From the NCBI GenBank assembly GCA_051599415.1, contig AP039695.1:615394-635393 (forward strand): a stretch of 20,000 bases of DNA, given 5' to 3'. Shown one piece after another: positions 17,890 through 20,000 of this stretch. Under the pieces are notes generated by a model. It was given only the letters and a program-made list of their open reading frames with translations, did not search any database and had not been told where the DNA came from. This DNA comes from Savitreella phatthalungensis (Eukaryota). Each line of letters opens with the position of its first letter. Position 1 is the first letter of the stretch. Made by a program: the position numbers and the translations under genes.

Positions 17890-18409
17890 TTCGGGCCTGG
17901 AGTACCCTGAGCTTGGGGATTTCAATATTGTCAATTGGATCACGTGCCGCACTCATGCATAAATTATGGAACTCCAATGTATGTACGCCTTCAAGTCGTC
18001 GAGCATGCAGACTGGGAATCTCCTCTCGCAAGCCACAATTTCCATCGATACGGATCTCTTCACGTTGACGGACAGCAGAACACGTCACGACGGCCCCAAA
18101 TCGGGCCGAAGTTCCGCTATGTTGCTCTACTTTACAGCTCTGCAAGTACCAACATGCTCGCGCCCCGCTGGATTTTGGAAGACCTGCTCAAGTTTGTGTC
18201 TGTGTCGATGACGATTTGGCGGGTCCAGTGCTTTCACTGTAGCTGATTGCAATCGTCACAGCAATAGGTCGAACGGGTCGTACTAGCTTGTACCAGGTCG
18301 TAGTCCTAGGTCGTAATAAGTTGCAAAACGCTCCTGACACGATTATACCGTATTCTGTGGTGCAATCACGTGGGATGAGCAGATCATACTCGCGGTCAGG
18401 CGCCAACCT

Positions 18410-19808
18410 GGCAGCTTTGACAGCAGTGGCAGCCGCAACAGCAATAGTGGCAGCAGTAATAGCAGCAATAGTAGCAGTTTTGGAATGAGTGAAGATAATG
18501 GAGGAAGTAGTAGGTGTAGTAATGGTAGCAGTGATCACAGTCAATATGAACAGATTAGAAAGTAGAATGAAGCATGCAAAAAGCACGGACGGCACAGTCA
18601 CATTGAAGTCAACAGATTACCATGCATGACACTGGAAAGTGCACATCACAGTCCACAAGACAGTCAACAGGAGCAAGTGAGAGTGAATTGAAGTCAGTTG
18701 TGGAGGAAAGGGCACAGCACAGCGCCCGCAATGGATTGGACAAGCAACAGTGAAAGTAAAAGTGCATGGCATGTGACATTGCAGTCAATTGCAGTTAATT
18801 GATGTTGCACAACAGGCGCCAGTGCCAATTACAGACAGAGGAAAGAAAATGCAGGCAACAGGGTTGGGCCAGGGCCAAGCAGGTGGTGTTTATAACAAGC
18901 AGAGACAGAGTCAGTGGCAGAGCCAGGTGACAAATGACAGTGACAAGTGACAGTGACAAGTGACAGTGCAGCAATGATATATCAAGTGACAGTGCAGTTT
19001 GAACAGATGACATCATTCAGCCAATGGCAGTGCAGTAATGAAACATGGTACAGTGCGGGCAACAAGTGTGTGATACACAACAGGGATTGACAGGTCAACA
19101 GCAATTGGCCAATCCAGGGTTTGACAAATGCCAGGCCACAGAGCAGGGCAATGAGGCACGTAGTTGCGCATAATGGTATTTGAGAGATGATGACACAAGT
19201 GACAGTGCAGATAACACCAGGTGACAGATGATGGTGCAGGCAACAGCACATGGCAGACAACAGTGCAAATGACAGCATTTGAAGGAGACCAGGCAGGTAA
19301 CAACATTTGACAGAGACAGGGCAGGTGAGAGCATGTGAGGGTTACAGGGTGTGTCATGGCAAATGAGAGATGGCAGGGCAGGTGTTGGGATTGATGAGTG
19401 ATTTTGACAGTTGATGGCATTTGGCAGGTGATGGCATTTGGCAGGCGGCAGGGCAGATAACAGTGTTAGGGAAGTGACAGTTCAGGTAACAGCATTTGAC
19501 AGCGGACATGCAGGTAAGAGCATGTGACAGGTGACAGGTGAGATGCAGAAAACAGCATTTGGCATTTGGCAGGTGACGGTGCAGTTGCAGATGAAATAGA
19601 TGGCAGGGTTTTTAAGAGTAGGAATGAGGAGGGCAAATGGCATGGAATGTTTCAGGTAAACGGGAGGAAGAGTGTCAGATAGATGAGGGATTGAGAGCAG
19701 TAGTACAGCGGGGTGAGAGGAGCAGCAGCAAGGAGAGCAAGGAGACAGCAAGATGATGATGATGTTGAAGACCAGCAGGGGCATATGCGTGCGGACAAAT
19801 GTAGTGCA
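18410..19808. repeat. Subtelomeric telomere-associated sequence: low-complexity, purine-skewed, CpG-poor, with degenerate modular repeats
   Basis: TGACAGTGACAAG tandem at 18935-18968; CAAGTGACAGTGCAG x3 (18957, 18983, 19196); TGATGGCATTTGGCAGG x2 (19412-19445); ~55 bp imperfect duplication at 19294 and 19483; no credible ORF. Confidence 0.8.
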
Positions 19809-19929
19809 TAGGGTTAGGGTTAGGGTTAGGGTTAGGGTTAGGGTTAGGGTTAGGGTTAGGGTTAGGGTTAGGGTTAGGGTTAGGGTTAGGGTTAGGGTTA
19901 GGGTTAGGGTTAGGGTTAGGGTTAGGGTT
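19809..19929 (+). repeat. Telomeric (TTAGGG)n array, G-strand on +
   Basis: 19 perfect TTAGGG units at 19814-19927, preceded by TAGGG and followed by TT(A); correct orientation for a right chromosome end. Confidence 0.98.
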
Positions 19930-20000
19930 AGGTGCTGTTCTCGCAAAGGCAGAAAGTAGTCTTAACCTTAGCAATACGTAACTGAACGAAGTACAAACAA
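19930..20000 (-). other. Untrimmed Oxford Nanopore native barcode 06 and ligation adapter (technical artefact)
   Basis: AGGTGCTG (19930-19937) + TTCTCGCAAAGGCAGAAAGTAGTC (19938-19961) + TTAACCTT (19962-19969) + AGCAATACGTAACTGAACGAAGTACA (19970-19995). This is the reverse complement of adapter-AAGGTTAA-NB06-CAGCACCT, recalled from ONT kit sequences. Confidence 0.95.

Noticed and set aside
18188..19420. Subtelomeric ORFs rich in Ala/Thr or Cys/His/Leu
   Set aside because: Translations of low-complexity CA/TG-rich repeats with no domain signatures.
19482..19974. ORFs with (LT)n, (NP)n and (RV)n tracts
   Set aside because: Translations of TTAGGG repeats; the two minus-strand ORFs start inside adapter or barcode sequence.
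19809..20000. Interstitial telomere, telomere-inserted retroelement, or CRISPR-like repeat-spacer
   Set aside because: The distal sequence is fully explained by the Nanopore barcode and adapter, and there is no repeat-spacer periodicity.

Overview
Right-hand end of a chromosome or contig from a very gene-dense, intron-poor ascomycete fungus (probably Taphrinomycotina-like; this is an inference). Bases 1-17.7 kb hold 13 protein-coding genes, mostly conserved housekeeping genes: PNO1, phosphomannomutase SEC53, spindle-pole-body protein Pcp1, thioredoxin-PITH Txl1, THOC5, an inositol 5-phosphatase, arrestin Rim8/PalF, an SDR, cupin Cff1/DUF985, PAQR Izh3, DUS1, mitochondrial MetRS and spermidine synthase SPE3. 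Only one clear intron was found, and convergent gene pairs are separated by less than 60 bp or overlap. After SPE3 come about 0.7 kb of unique non-coding DNA, a roughly 1.4 kb purine-skewed and sharply CpG-depleted subtelomeric block built from TGACA/GGCAG modules, and about 20 TTAGGG telomere repeats. The last ~70 bases are not biological: they match an untrimmed Oxford Nanopore native barcode 06 plus ligation adapter. The most interesting signals are the very short subtelomere, the abrupt CpG-depletion boundary, a recurring CATGCATA promoter word and a stop-free 3n intron in THOC5. I found no evidence of a novel multi-gene system.
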